A stretch of 64,000 nt of DNA from an uncultured Verrucomicrobiae bacterium (GTDB lineage Bacteria; Chlamydiota; Chlamydiia; Chlamydiales; Rhabdochlamydiaceae). The stretch is taken from the NCBI GenBank assembly GCA_963806855.1, contig CAWDYW010000001.1, positions 1,376,001 through 1,440,000 on the forward strand. Direction: 5' to 3'. Position 1 is the stretch's first letter. Each line of letters opens with the position of its first letter. The notes below the pieces were generated by a model. That model did no database searches. It saw nothing but the letters and a program-made list of their open reading frames with translations, and was not told the DNA's origin. Below, in pieces: positions 9,087-18,366 of this stretch. The translations under genes and the position numbers were made by a program.

Positions 9087-9902
9087 GTGACTATGAGAGC
9101 CATAATAGCGTTATTGATTTGTAATCTAGGGTTTGCAGCGACTATCCCCCAAACCTACACCAACCCCTCCAGCATCCGGATCACCCCCGAAGCTCCAACA
9201 CCAGAGCCCGATAATGTGCAGACTACAATCTTATTCCCCCGCTCTGGCGAGATCGAAAGCAATCCTGTGAATATTCAGGTTCGGCTCCTTGGGTTTCCCG
9301 TCGGAACGATGAGCGACTTTGAGAGAAGAAAAGAGCTCTATAATGACCCAGAGGGACAGAGTTTGCTCATTTTTATCGACAACTACCATCCCTTTGAGAT
9401 CTACACCTCGTTCGTCAATGCTCTCGACCAAAGCAACCTCTATTATGACCTGACTATGACCAAGTTGATCCCCTATGACCTAGATGAGGGAATGCACGTT
9501 ATCCGCACTTTCCCTGCCCGTTCCTATGGAGAAAGCCTGAAAAACCCCCTCTGCTTTCAAGCCCGAGTTTTCTATATAGGCTCGCAAGAGAATAATCTAG
9601 ACGTCGATCTGAACGCCCCCTATTTGACCTACAACGAGCCGCTCGAAACACTCACCTATGAAGCTGGGAAACCGCTCCTGCTCGACTTTTATCTCTCTAA
9701 CATCCAGCTTTCGCAAGATGGTTATAAGGTGAAAGTGACGATCGATGGCTCGGTGCAGAGGATCCTCACCAGTTGGACCCCCTATTTCATCTATGGGCTC
9801 AAAAGCGGGCAGCACAAAATTCGGCTGCAGCTGCTGGATGGGCAAAACCAGGTGGCGCCGGGGATTTTTAACGACGTCGAGCGGATCATCACGATTGAGT
9901 AG
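9087..9902 (+). CDS. Secreted/periplasmic beta-rich hypothetical protein
   Basis: Signal peptide (MRAIIALLICNLGFAA) and two similar beta-sandwich-like halves (..GMHVIR.., ..GQHKIR..). Confidence 0.65.
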   Translation: MTMRAIIALLICNLGFAATIPQTYTNPSSIRITPEAPTPEPDNVQTTILFPRSGEIESNPVNIQVRLLGFPVGTMSDFERRKELYNDPEGQSLLIFIDNYHPFEIYTSFVNALDQSNLYYDLTMTKLIPYDLDEGMHVIRTFPARSYGESLKNPLCFQARVFYIGSQENNLDVDLNAPYLTYNEPLETLTYEAGKPLLLDFYLSNIQLSQDGYKVKVTIDGSVQRILTSWTPYFIYGLKSGQHKIRLQLLDGQNQVAPGIFNDVERIITIE

Positions 9903-9912
9903 ATCAGCCATT

Positions 9913-10003
9913 TTTAAACGCAAAGACGCGAAGGCGCAAAGACGCAGAAAAATTTAGTATTTTTTTATTGCGTCTTTGCGCCTTCGGCGTCTTTGCGTTT
10001 AAA
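9913..10003. repeat. REP-like inverted repeat built from 8-mer units (GCAAAGAC/GTCTTTGC)
   Basis: TTTAAACGCAAAGACGCGAAGGCGCAAAGACGCA ... TGCGTCTTTGCGCCTTCGGCGTCTTTGCGTTTAAA between convergent genes. Confidence 0.8.
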
Positions 10004-10024
10004 GCTGGCTGACCACTCCAAAGC

Positions 10025-11105
10025 TTAAGCCGCGGCAGAATTTTGTCGGTTGATCTTTGTATGGAAAAGGTCCCAATTGAGCTCCATCCGAAAGGCATCT
10101 TCTGGAGGATCTTGGGGGCAGTAATTGGGCAGCTCTTCTTTGACTTCAAAGCCCCAGTTATCATAGAGAATTTTAGCTGGATTGCTTTTGCGCACTTGTA
10201 GCTGAACCGCCGGCTTTGTTGATGAAAGACCATGGAGAATCGCATGGAGCAATTGATCTCCAATGGTCAGCATCGTCGCACCGGGATTAATGCCCAGGCC
10301 GCTAATGTTTACCTTCCCGTCATCTTGGTGATACCAGCCAAAACCGAGGATTTCTCTGCTCCCCTTCTTTCTCGCAATCACGCAGCCACTCCCTGGCTTG
10401 GCTAATTCAGTTTTTAGATATTCTTTGGAATAGGTGTAAGTTTTCCCCATACAGACTCTCTCAAGAGCCTCGACTTGCTCTAAATCGCTCTCATTGCTTA
10501 GATTCAGCTCTTCTATCTGGAACTGGGCGAGTTTTCCTTCTAATCGGTCGAGCTCCATGCTGAAATCCAGTTCAATCGTCTCTCCATCGGCATTCATCAC
10601 TTTGGTATGGTTGAGATGCTCCAAGAATACCTTCCACACTTTCCTTAGATCCTCACGCTGAGACATATTGACCTTTTCCCCAAAGAAGGTGAGGGCATTG
10701 TGGAGCATGTGGTTTTGATAGGTTTGACCAAAACGGTCGAGCGGATAAGTTAGAAAATTCTTTAAACCTTTAAATTTATCTTCGGTTCTTTCATCTTTCC
10801 CCAGCTGTCTGTAGACATTCCTCAAGGTATCGAGCCGGTACTGGGCGATTTTGGAGGGAAAGGGGACCAAATAAGAAAAGAAAGACCGCCGCTCCCCCCA
10901 CAACTGCCCCGCCGATGGCTCCAGCTGTCACAGAAAAGCCTAGCTCAGCCAGTCCAAGACTGAGGCCAATCACACCGCCAAAGCTGGTGATCGCCGCTAT
11001 GAGCACTACCCGTGAGATCAGCTTAATGAGCTCTGTATAATGTTCCTCAGGGATAGGGAGAGGCTCAATAGGTTCATAGGATTGTTGATTAGATACCGCT
11101 TCCAC
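10025..11105 (-). CDS. N-terminal TM-hairpin protein fused to a RimI-like GNAT acetyltransferase, frameshift at ~10880
   Basis: ORF 10791-11105 (two hydrophobic helices) joins ORF 10025-10903 by a 1-bp indel. C-terminal GNAT motifs LQVRKSNPAKILYDNWGF and NY..P.EDAFRM. Confidence 0.6.
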
Positions 11106-11135
11106 GGGTATATTTTAGCATAAATTGAACTGAAA

Positions 11136-11948
11136 ATGCATCTTTTAAAAAAAATTGTACTATTTTGCCTCGCTATGGTGACCCTCCATTACCTCTGCCG
11201 CACCCAAACGGATGGCTTTTCAAGGCTTAAGGTAGAGGCCGACCTGCCTTACGAGGCCAGTTGGGAGGGGGCCTCTATACCTGATCAGCCCTTCACCTAC
11301 CTGGGCTGCGGGGCACAAACGTTTGCCTTTGTCTCACAAGATGGTCAGACTGTGATCAAATTCTATCGGCACCATCGCTCTCGACATCCCCTTGCTTTTC
11401 TGGCGCCGCTTCTTCCCCGTCTGCAGCAGACAATAGCCAAGAGACAGGCCAAGCGGGCGAAGGATTTTGCCAGCTATCGGCTCGCCTTTGAGAAGCTTCG
11501 CGATGAGACGGGGCTGATTAGCATCCATCTCGGCAAGACAGACCAAATCCAAAAACGTCTGAAAATCTACGACAAGCTCGGCATCGAGCACTCAGTAGAT
11601 CTCGATCAAATGACGTTTCTTCTGCAACGAAAGGCGACCCCATTTTACGCCACTTTGGAAGAGTGGATCGATACGGGCTGCGAGACACAAGCCAAACAGG
11701 GAATTACTGAACTCATCTCTCTTCTACGAAGCCGATGCCAAAAAGGGATCTTCGACAAAGACCCCGACCTGCGCACCAACTTTGGCTTTTTGGATGGCCA
11801 CCCGATTCAATTCGACGTAGGACGCTTTAAAAATGAGCCTGAGCGGATCGAGGCCGGTGAACTCGTCCGGATCACCGATTCGCTTAAAGGTTGGCTAAAC
11901 GAAAAGGCGCCGCACCTAGCGGCCTATTTAGAAGAGGAGTTAAAATGA
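11136..11948 (+). CDS. Membrane-anchored protein-kinase-like protein (array copy 1)
   Basis: N-terminal hydrophobic anchor, YLGCGAQ, VIKF, GIFDKDPDLRTNFGF, FDVGRF. Confidence 0.7.
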   Translation: MHLLKKIVLFCLAMVTLHYLCRTQTDGFSRLKVEADLPYEASWEGASIPDQPFTYLGCGAQTFAFVSQDGQTVIKFYRHHRSRHPLAFLAPLLPRLQQTIAKRQAKRAKDFASYRLAFEKLRDETGLISIHLGKTDQIQKRLKIYDKLGIEHSVDLDQMTFLLQRKATPFYATLEEWIDTGCETQAKQGITELISLLRSRCQKGIFDKDPDLRTNFGFLDGHPIQFDVGRFKNEPERIEAGELVRITDSLKGWLNEKAPHLAAYLEEELK

Positions 11949-12688
11949 TTAAGCGATTTATTTTCTTATCTCTGGCCTTCTGTGCTCTTGCCCCATTTTG
12001 CCAAAAGCAGACCGATGGTTTTGCAGTAGGAAAAGTGTCGACCCTTTTACTCGATGGAAGGAGCTCTGAGATGAGCATCCCCGCGCAGACTTTTCGCTAC
12101 CTTGGCAAAGGGGGGCAGAGCTATGTTTTTGTCTCTGAGGATAACCGGTATATCCTCAAACTCTTCCGCAGCTCAAGGCTCAATACCCTCAAGTTCTTCC
12201 TCCCATTTAGAAAGACGAAAATCGAACTCCTTGAAAACGATCTTAGAGAGACACTCCAGAGCTACTTGATCGCGGGCACCTACCTCAAAGAAGAAACGGG
12301 CCTTGTCGCCATCCATCTCGACCACACCCCCATCCTCCCCTTCAAATCGTCGACAAGTTGGGCATCGTCCATACCCTCACTAACTGCCCTTTTGTTATCC
12401 AAGAGAGGGCGATTTTAGTGAAGGAGAAGATTGCAGGCGAACCTGAGAAGGCGAAAGCGGCCTTGGCAAACTTAGAGGCCCTCATTCAACATCGGATTGA
12501 ACTGGGGATTTATGATGGAGATCCGAATTTGATCAAAAATTTTGGGTTTTGTGGCAATCGAGCCGATCCAGATTGACGGGGGCCGCTTCTCCTTATCTCC
12601 TCTGCCCGAAAATGACAAGCTAGAGTCCTCCAGAAAAGAACTCCTAAACTGGATCGAAGAACAGGGAGGGCTCTATGAAGCGATTTGA
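11945..12688 (+). CDS. Kinase-like paralog (copy 2), two frameshifts
   Basis: ATG at 11945. YLGKGGQ, ILKLF, then shifted frames give DKLGIVH, GIYDGDPNLIKNFGF and IQIDGGRF. Stop at 12686-12688. Confidence 0.6.
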
Positions 12689-13511
12689 CCTCTCCCTGCG
12701 ACTCATCCTCATTCTCACTCTCTTTGTCGCCACCGCCCGCTGGACCCGCAAAATTACCGAAGGGTTCACAATCGCCACTATCCACTCCCAATATCCCTAC
12801 AATCCCAACTGGGAAGTGCAAAATCCTCCCCTACCCGATATTTTTGATCAGCGCTTCACCTTTCTCGGCTCTGGGGGGCAATGTTTTGCCTTTCTCTCCG
12901 AGGATGGGGCCTATGTGCTCAAGTTCTTCAAGAACCACTTAAATCGGGTGCTCCCTTGGCAAAAGGGGCGAAAACTGAAACTCGAGAGAAAATTAAGTCG
13001 CGATTTTGCAAGCTACAAGCTCGCCATGGAGAAATTGCCCGAGGATACCGGCCTGCTCTATGTCCATCTCAATAAAACCGACTCCCTGCAAAAGAGGGCC
13101 CACATCGTCGATAAATTGGGCATCGAGCATCAGGTAGACCTCGATCAGGTGGATTTCATCCTGCAAAGAAGAGCGGAGATGACCTACCCCCATTTGCTCC
13201 AGCTCGTGCAAAACAACGATCTTGCGGGTGCCAAGGAAGCGATCGACTCGATTTGCCACTTGATCATCGGCCGCTGCCAAAAAGGGATACACGACGAAGA
13301 TGCCAAAATCCACCGCAACTGCGGTTTCATCGGCAATCGGGCGATCATCATCGACGTTGGCAGGTTCAAAGAGGACCCCAGGCGGATCGATCCAGCCGTC
13401 CAAAGAAGCGATTTTGCCGAGTGCACCCAAAAGTTAAACCGCTATTTAGAGGAGATTTCTCCTGAACTGGCCCAATATTTCGAGGAAAATTATGCGAAAA
13501 CTCTTCATTAG
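12675..13511 (+). CDS. Kinase-like paralog (copy 3)
   Basis: FLGSGGQ, VLKFFK, DKLGIEH, GIHDEDAKIHRNCGF, IDVGRF. Confidence 0.7.
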   Translation: MKRFDLSLRLILILTLFVATARWTRKITEGFTIATIHSQYPYNPNWEVQNPPLPDIFDQRFTFLGSGGQCFAFLSEDGAYVLKFFKNHLNRVLPWQKGRKLKLERKLSRDFASYKLAMEKLPEDTGLLYVHLNKTDSLQKRAHIVDKLGIEHQVDLDQVDFILQRRAEMTYPHLLQLVQNNDLAGAKEAIDSICHLIIGRCQKGIHDEDAKIHRNCGFIGNRAIIIDVGRFKEDPRRIDPAVQRSDFAECTQKLNRYLEEISPELAQYFEENYAKTLH

Positions 13512-14310
13512 CCTGCTCATTTTTGTCGCCCTCGAGCGGTTTTGCTACTGGCAGACCGACGGATTTCGCTTTGCCAAAGTGGCGACGACCCATCAATACC
13601 CCTTCTCCTCCCCTTTTAAACCCCCTCCAGCCTGTTTGCAGCAGTCTTTTCATTATTTGGGCAAGGGTGTACAATTCTATGTGTTTATGGGAGAGGATCA
13701 GCAGACCATTTTAAAGCTCTTTAAGCACCATCACGCCGGCTTTTCGACCGATATCGTGCAATACCTCTTTCCTTCCATTATGGAAAAGAGAGAAAACCGG
13801 GTCCTCCGGCTGCTCAAGAGCGCGGACATTGCCCAAAAAGAGCTCCCAGAAGAGACTGCCGTCTTCTATACCCATCTATCCAAAAGCGATCATCACCTTG
13901 GGAAAATCAAGATCTACGACAAGCTGGGCATCGTCCATGAGCTCGATCTCGACCAGACCGAATTTCTTCTACAACAACGGGCAGTCCCCCTTGAGCAAAA
14001 GCTGCACGCCCTCTTTCACTTGAGCCAAACCGAAAAAGCGATTAGGGCCATGCAAAGCACCCTGAAACTTCTCGATGACCGGGCAACCAAAGGGATCAAA
14101 AATAAAGATGCCCGCATCTTGAGAAACTGTGGATTTATCGGTGACGAAGCGGTCGAGATCGACGTAGGCTCCTATGTCTATTCCGGCAACCACCACGCAT
14201 CGAAACGGGCCAAGGCAAAAGCCACTTCGAAATTGCTTCAGTTCGTCAAAACCCATTATCCAGACCAGCTTGAGTTATGCCAGGAGGGGCTGCGTGAGAG
14301 TGGCAATTAG
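13492..14310 (+). CDS. Kinase-like paralog (copy 4)
   Basis: ERFCYWQTDGF, YLGKGVQ, ILKLFK, GIKNKDARILRNCGF, IDVGSY. Confidence 0.7.
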   Translation: MRKLFISLLIFVALERFCYWQTDGFRFAKVATTHQYPFSSPFKPPPACLQQSFHYLGKGVQFYVFMGEDQQTILKLFKHHHAGFSTDIVQYLFPSIMEKRENRVLRLLKSADIAQKELPEETAVFYTHLSKSDHHLGKIKIYDKLGIVHELDLDQTEFLLQQRAVPLEQKLHALFHLSQTEKAIRAMQSTLKLLDDRATKGIKNKDARILRNCGFIGDEAVEIDVGSYVYSGNHHASKRAKAKATSKLLQFVKTHYPDQLELCQEGLRESGN

Positions 14311-15080
14311 AGTCTTCATCGCGCTGGTGTTGCTAGTTGGGCTCGAGCGGCTGATCCGGACCCAAACACGGGGATTCCGCATCGATAAGACCATCGCCGA
14401 ATATCCCTACAATCCGGCTTGGAGTATAGATGCCCCTGTACCAAAGGAGCTAAATCAAAAGTTCTATTTCCTCGGCAGTGGAGCGCAAACCTACTCCTTC
14501 ATCAGCGAAGATCAAACCACCGTCCTCAAACTCTTCAAGCATTACCATTGCTGGCCCAGTTCAAGAATACTTAAAAAACTTCCCGGGTCATGGAAAGCGC
14601 TCCCAAAGCGAGAGCAGCGGATGAAGAGCATTTTCGAGAGCGTGCTGCTCGCCTACAAAAAGCTGCCCGAAGAGACCCAAATCTTTCACCTTAGCCTCAA
14701 CCCCCAAGAAAAGCACTATCCTTCCATCATCCTCTTCGACAAAATTGGGATCCGCTACATCGTCGACCTCAATCAACCCCCTTCGTGCTGCAAAAGAAAG
14801 CCGAGCTACTCTACCCCTATCTGGAGCAGCATCCCGATGAGGCCAAAGCAATCATCGACTCATTTTTCACTTGCCTACGGACCCGAGTGCGCCAAGGAAT
14901 TGCCAACTCTGACGATCATGTGGGCCGCAATTTTGGCGTGTGCGATGGAAAAGTGGTCCAATTCGACATCGGCTCCTATTTTTTCGGCCAGCCGTCGGAG
15001 CAAAACACGCTCGAATTGAGAATTGGATCATCAAAAACAGACCCGACCTAGAAGGACATTTCAATGAAAACCGCCTTTAA
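14294..15080 (+). CDS. Kinase-like paralog (copy 5), two frameshifts
   Basis: AGGAGG RBS and GTG at 14294. FLGSGAQ, VLKLFK; a shift near 14780 gives GIANSDDHVGRNFG and FDIGSY; a second shift lies near 15018. Confidence 0.6.
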
Positions 15081-15921
15081 AATCCTCCTCTTCATCGGCC
15101 TCTTCATCGCCACAGAGCGATTCTGCCACAAAAAGACCCATGGGTTTCGGCTCAACAAAATCACCTCCGACCTCCCCCGCGATCCCGCGCTCGAAGTTGA
15201 GTGCGACTTCGACCCCAAAATCCTCGCCCAGCGCTACCACTTCCTCGATAGCGGGGGCGAGTGCTACGCCTTCCTCTCTGAAGATGGCCACTACGTACTC
15301 AAATTCTTCAAGCACCACCATATGCGCCTCCACAGCCCCCTCGATCCGTTCCTTCCCCAATGGGAGCTCGACCGACGCAAGATGCGCTATCACCGCTTTT
15401 TCAAAAGCTGCAAACTGGCCTATGAACACTTTCGCAAAGAGACAGGCCTCCTCTTTGTCCACCTCACCAAAAGCCAAAATCTGCAGACCAAACTGATCAT
15501 CACCGATCCCAATCACATCGCCCACCAGGTCGACCTCGATCAGCTCGAATTCACCATCCAGAAAAAAGTGACCATGGCCAAACCGCTGCTCACCACCCTC
15601 GCCAAAGCTGATGAGCTCGAAGAAGCTAAAGCCCGCCTTGACACCCTCCTAGCCCTCATCGTCGACCGTTGCAAAGCGGGCCTTGCCGACCACGATGCCC
15701 AGCTGCGCAACTTTGGATTCATCGGCCAAGAAGCGATCGAAGTGGACCTCGGCTCCTTTTCTCCTGACGAATCGCTCAAAACCCTTCCCGGAATCAAACG
15801 GACCCTCCTCCATGAGACCACGAAAATGCGCAAATGGATCAAAACCACCTACCCCGAGCTCGAAGAGCACCTGGATGAAAAAGTCAAAGAATTCTTGCAA
15901 GGGAATTCACAAATTTTGTAG
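15064..15921 (+). CDS. Kinase-like paralog (copy 6)
   Basis: ERFCHKKTHGF, FLDSGGE, VLKFFK, GLADHDAQLRNFGF, VDLGSF. Confidence 0.7.
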   Translation: MKTAFKILLFIGLFIATERFCHKKTHGFRLNKITSDLPRDPALEVECDFDPKILAQRYHFLDSGGECYAFLSEDGHYVLKFFKHHHMRLHSPLDPFLPQWELDRRKMRYHRFFKSCKLAYEHFRKETGLLFVHLTKSQNLQTKLIITDPNHIAHQVDLDQLEFTIQKKVTMAKPLLTTLAKADELEEAKARLDTLLALIVDRCKAGLADHDAQLRNFGFIGQEAIEVDLGSFSPDESLKTLPGIKRTLLHETTKMRKWIKTTYPELEEHLDEKVKEFLQGNSQIL

Positions 15922-15955
15922 AGTTCGTAAAAGATTAATTCAAAGGGAGGTCTTC

Positions 15956-16396
15956 ATGAGCGATGAACACAAAAAAATGGAGCCAAAATCCTTTTGGTCC
16001 TTTCCACGATTCCGCCATCCCTTTTCCCTCTTTGAAAACATCGAGGACGATTGGGATGTGCATGAATTCACCAGCCCATCTGGCCTCAGCATCTCCGAAG
16101 ACAACGAACATATCTACGTCGAAGCGGCCCTGCCCGGCATCAGCCCCGAAGAGATCGAGATGATTTTCGATAAAGGGGTCCTCTGGATCAAGGCCGAGAA
16201 GCGGGAAGAGACCGAAGACAAAAAGAAAAAATTTTACCGCAAAGCGATGTGCTCCTTCTCCTACCGGATCGCCGTCCCCGGAGATATCGACGAGTCGAAA
16301 CAACCCGATGCCCTCTGCCAAAAAGGCATCCTCAAAGTGACCTTCTCCAAGACCAAGAAAGGCACCTCTAAAAAAATCCCTGTTAAGGGTGGATGA
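15956..16396 (+). CDS. Hsp20/alpha-crystallin small heat shock protein
   Basis: GGGAGG RBS and ATG at 15956. VEAALPG..EEIE, FSYRIAVP, and A...GILKVTF.K motifs, with C-terminal IPV. Confidence 0.9.
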   Translation: MSDEHKKMEPKSFWSFPRFRHPFSLFENIEDDWDVHEFTSPSGLSISEDNEHIYVEAALPGISPEEIEMIFDKGVLWIKAEKREETEDKKKKFYRKAMCSFSYRIAVPGDIDESKQPDALCQKGILKVTFSKTKKGTSKKIPVKGG

Positions 16397-16445
16397 GAAT
16401 CACTTAAGTCACTAAAATACAGCCCTTTATTAATTAAAAAAATCG

Positions 16446-16474
16446 TTGACAATAACACAGTCAATTGATATAAT
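16446..16474 (+). promoter_or_regulatory. Consensus sigma70 promoter TTGACA-N17-TATAAT with extended -10
   Basis: TTGACA at 16446-16451, TG at 16466-16467, TATAAT at 16469-16474. AAGGAG RBS before ATG 16503. Confidence 0.75.
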
Positions 16475-16502
16475 TAAACTTGATTAATTTTAAAGGAGTA
16501 AT

Positions 16503-16808
16503 ATGATTGATTTGACCCCATTATCTAAATTTTCCTCTGTTTTCGTAGCGACATCGCTTTTACACTATCGTACTTACCCGCCCGTTTCTGACATTTATCG
16601 CACCGGCTTCCTTATATCTGCTACAATCGCTGGCGTAATAGCACTTACCTCTGATCCTAAATTGGACCTAACTCCATTAAACCAAAAAGTCATTTTACCT
16701 CTTCTATGTGCAGGATTTTCATCTCTCACTATGATCTTTTGGTGCAAGCTAAGCCCGGCACTACCGCTACTTCCACCACTACCGCCACAACGAATGGCAG
16801 AATCATAG
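16503..16808 (+). CDS. Small hydrophobic orphan protein
   Basis: Strong RBS and promoter, 2-3 hydrophobic segments, Pro-rich tail, internal DLTPL repeat. Confidence 0.55.
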   Translation: MIDLTPLSKFSSVFVATSLLHYRTYPPVSDIYRTGFLISATIAGVIALTSDPKLDLTPLNQKVILPLLCAGFSSLTMIFWCKLSPALPLLPPLPPQRMAES

Positions 16809-16854
16809 AAGAGATTTCTATAAATAATATTTATCTTTCAGGTTAGACTACATT

Positions 16855-17118
16855 TTGCTTATACTGATGAGCATGATAAGTGCGAATATCAACACTTTAG
16901 TTGAAAAATACCAGGACCCTATAAAAGCGATTGCTACTATCTCAGGGACTACTCTGGCAGCTTTAAGTTCGAATTCTCCAGCATTACTCATGACAGTCTC
17001 AACTATTTCCGGTTTCATGGGAGCTGCATGTAGCGGATTAATAGCAGCAGAACTTTTAGTTAGTGTAGATGAAAGACCAAGAAAAACTATGATGCATTAT
17101 GGATTGCCCCCTACTTAA
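16855..17118 (+). CDS. Small hydrophobic orphan protein
   Basis: 87-aa ORF with a hydrophobic hairpin. Start uncertain. Confidence 0.35.
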   Translation: MLILMSMISANINTLVEKYQDPIKAIATISGTTLAALSSNSPALLMTVSTISGFMGAACSGLIAAELLVSVDERPRKTMMHYGLPPT

Positions 17119-17159
17119 TCGCTTCGGCACTCACTTCACAACGCACTGACATATCTCTC

Positions 17160-17357
17160 ATGGTCGTCACGTCCGCATTTTCAATTGGCTTCATCTTTGG
17201 AAGTGCACTTTATTTTTTACACAATACTATTGTAGTACGTAAAGATGCCCTGAAAAAATCTTTTGTTGGATTGGTGGTAGTTATGAGTATCCTCTGTGCT
17301 CTAAAGCAAACCCCAGAAGATTACAAGAACAAGGAAGCTGAAGTGCCTCGTAAATGA
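17160..17357 (+). CDS. Small two-TM orphan protein
   Basis: 65-aa ORF with two hydrophobic segments. Confidence 0.3.
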   Translation: MVVTSAFSIGFIFGSALYFLHNTIVVRKDALKKSFVGLVVVMSILCALKQTPEDYKNKEAEVPRK

Positions 17358-17651
17358 GGTATGATGCGGTAGGATTGCTTCCAAGTATAAATCATGTTTG
17401 AACAGCCATGCGTTAAAGCGTTTGCTGAATCGTGGTGTAATTTTTCCGATTTCAGCTAAGGCAAGTTTCAAATGAGCATTTATTTCTTTTTGGGAGGCCA
17501 TTCTAATCCCCTTCCTTTTAGACTTTTGTCCTGTTTTATGCACGCGGTGGGCTACTATCTCTCTCTTTGAACCTATCTCAATAAAAAGTTTCAGTCGATT
17601 TTCTGGATTATTTTGCCAAAAAAATCAAACAATTAAGGTGTATAAATTTTT

Positions 17652-17686
17652 TTTGCGTCTTTGCGTTTTTGCGTCTTTGCGTTAAA
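17652..17686. repeat. Half-copy of the 8-mer REP-like repeat
   Basis: TTGCGTCTTTGCGTTTTTGCGTCTTTGCGTTAAA matches the right arm of the 9913-10003 element. Confidence 0.7.
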
Positions 17687-17703
17687 ATATATCTCGATCC
17701 GAT

Positions 17704-18366
17704 ATGAACGAACTTTATTTTCTTACCCAGGTTATTATTGTCCTTTTATTTTCTTATGGGGCGCTTCGGCTCGGCCAAGGGGCTTTAACTGCCGCTGTCA
17801 CCGTTCAAGCCCTCATCGCCAATCTATTCGTCCTAAAGCAGATGAATTTCCTGGGGTTTGAAGTGACCTGCAGCGACGCCTTTGCAGTCGGCAGCATCCT
17901 GAGCCTCAACCTCCTCCGCGAATATTTTGGCAAGCAGGCGGCGACCAAGGCGATCTCGATCTGCTTCTTCTTCATGATCTTCTTTGTCGCCGTCTCGCAA
18001 GTGCAGCTCCTGTTTGTGGCGGGCCCGCACGATACCGCTCAATTTGCCTATGCCAAGCTGCTCACCCCCGCCCCGAGGCTGCTCCTCGCCTCACTTGTAG
18101 CTTTCTTTATCGTCCAGCACTTCGACGTCCGCTGTTTCGGCTGGATCTCGAACCTTCTCCCCCGCTCGTCCTTCCCTTTGCGCAGCAGCCTTTCGCTGAC
18201 CATTTCGCAACTGATCGACACCATCCTCTTTAGCTTTTTAGGCCTCTACGGGATGGTCAATTCGATCGTCGACATCCTCCTGGTCAGCTTCCTGCTCAAG
18301 GTGTGTGTCATCTTCACTTTAGGCCCCCTGATGGCCCTGATGAGGAGGTGGATGCCACGTGTTTAA
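17704..18366 (+). CDS. yhhQ: Queuosine precursor transporter (YhhQ/VUT family)
   Basis: ANLFVLK, LREYFG, R.LLASL.AF..Q.FD, and SQLIDT.LF motifs. Adjacent to tgt. Confidence 0.85.
   Translation: MNELYFLTQVIIVLLFSYGALRLGQGALTAAVTVQALIANLFVLKQMNFLGFEVTCSDAFAVGSILSLNLLREYFGKQAATKAISICFFFMIFFVAVSQVQLLFVAGPHDTAQFAYAKLLTPAPRLLLASLVAFFIVQHFDVRCFGWISNLLPRSSFPLRSSLSLTISQLIDTILFSFLGLYGMVNSIVDILLVSFLLKVCVIFTLGPLMALMRRWMPRV

Noticed and set aside
9904..10263. 119-aa minus-strand ORF
   Set aside because: Alternate frame of the GNAT gene running through the REP-like repeat.
15683..15955. N-terminal extension of Hsp20 (likewise the 11891 and 14174 extensions)
   Set aside because: Overlaps the upstream gene in another frame. 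Downstream starts have good RBS or overlap-coupling support.
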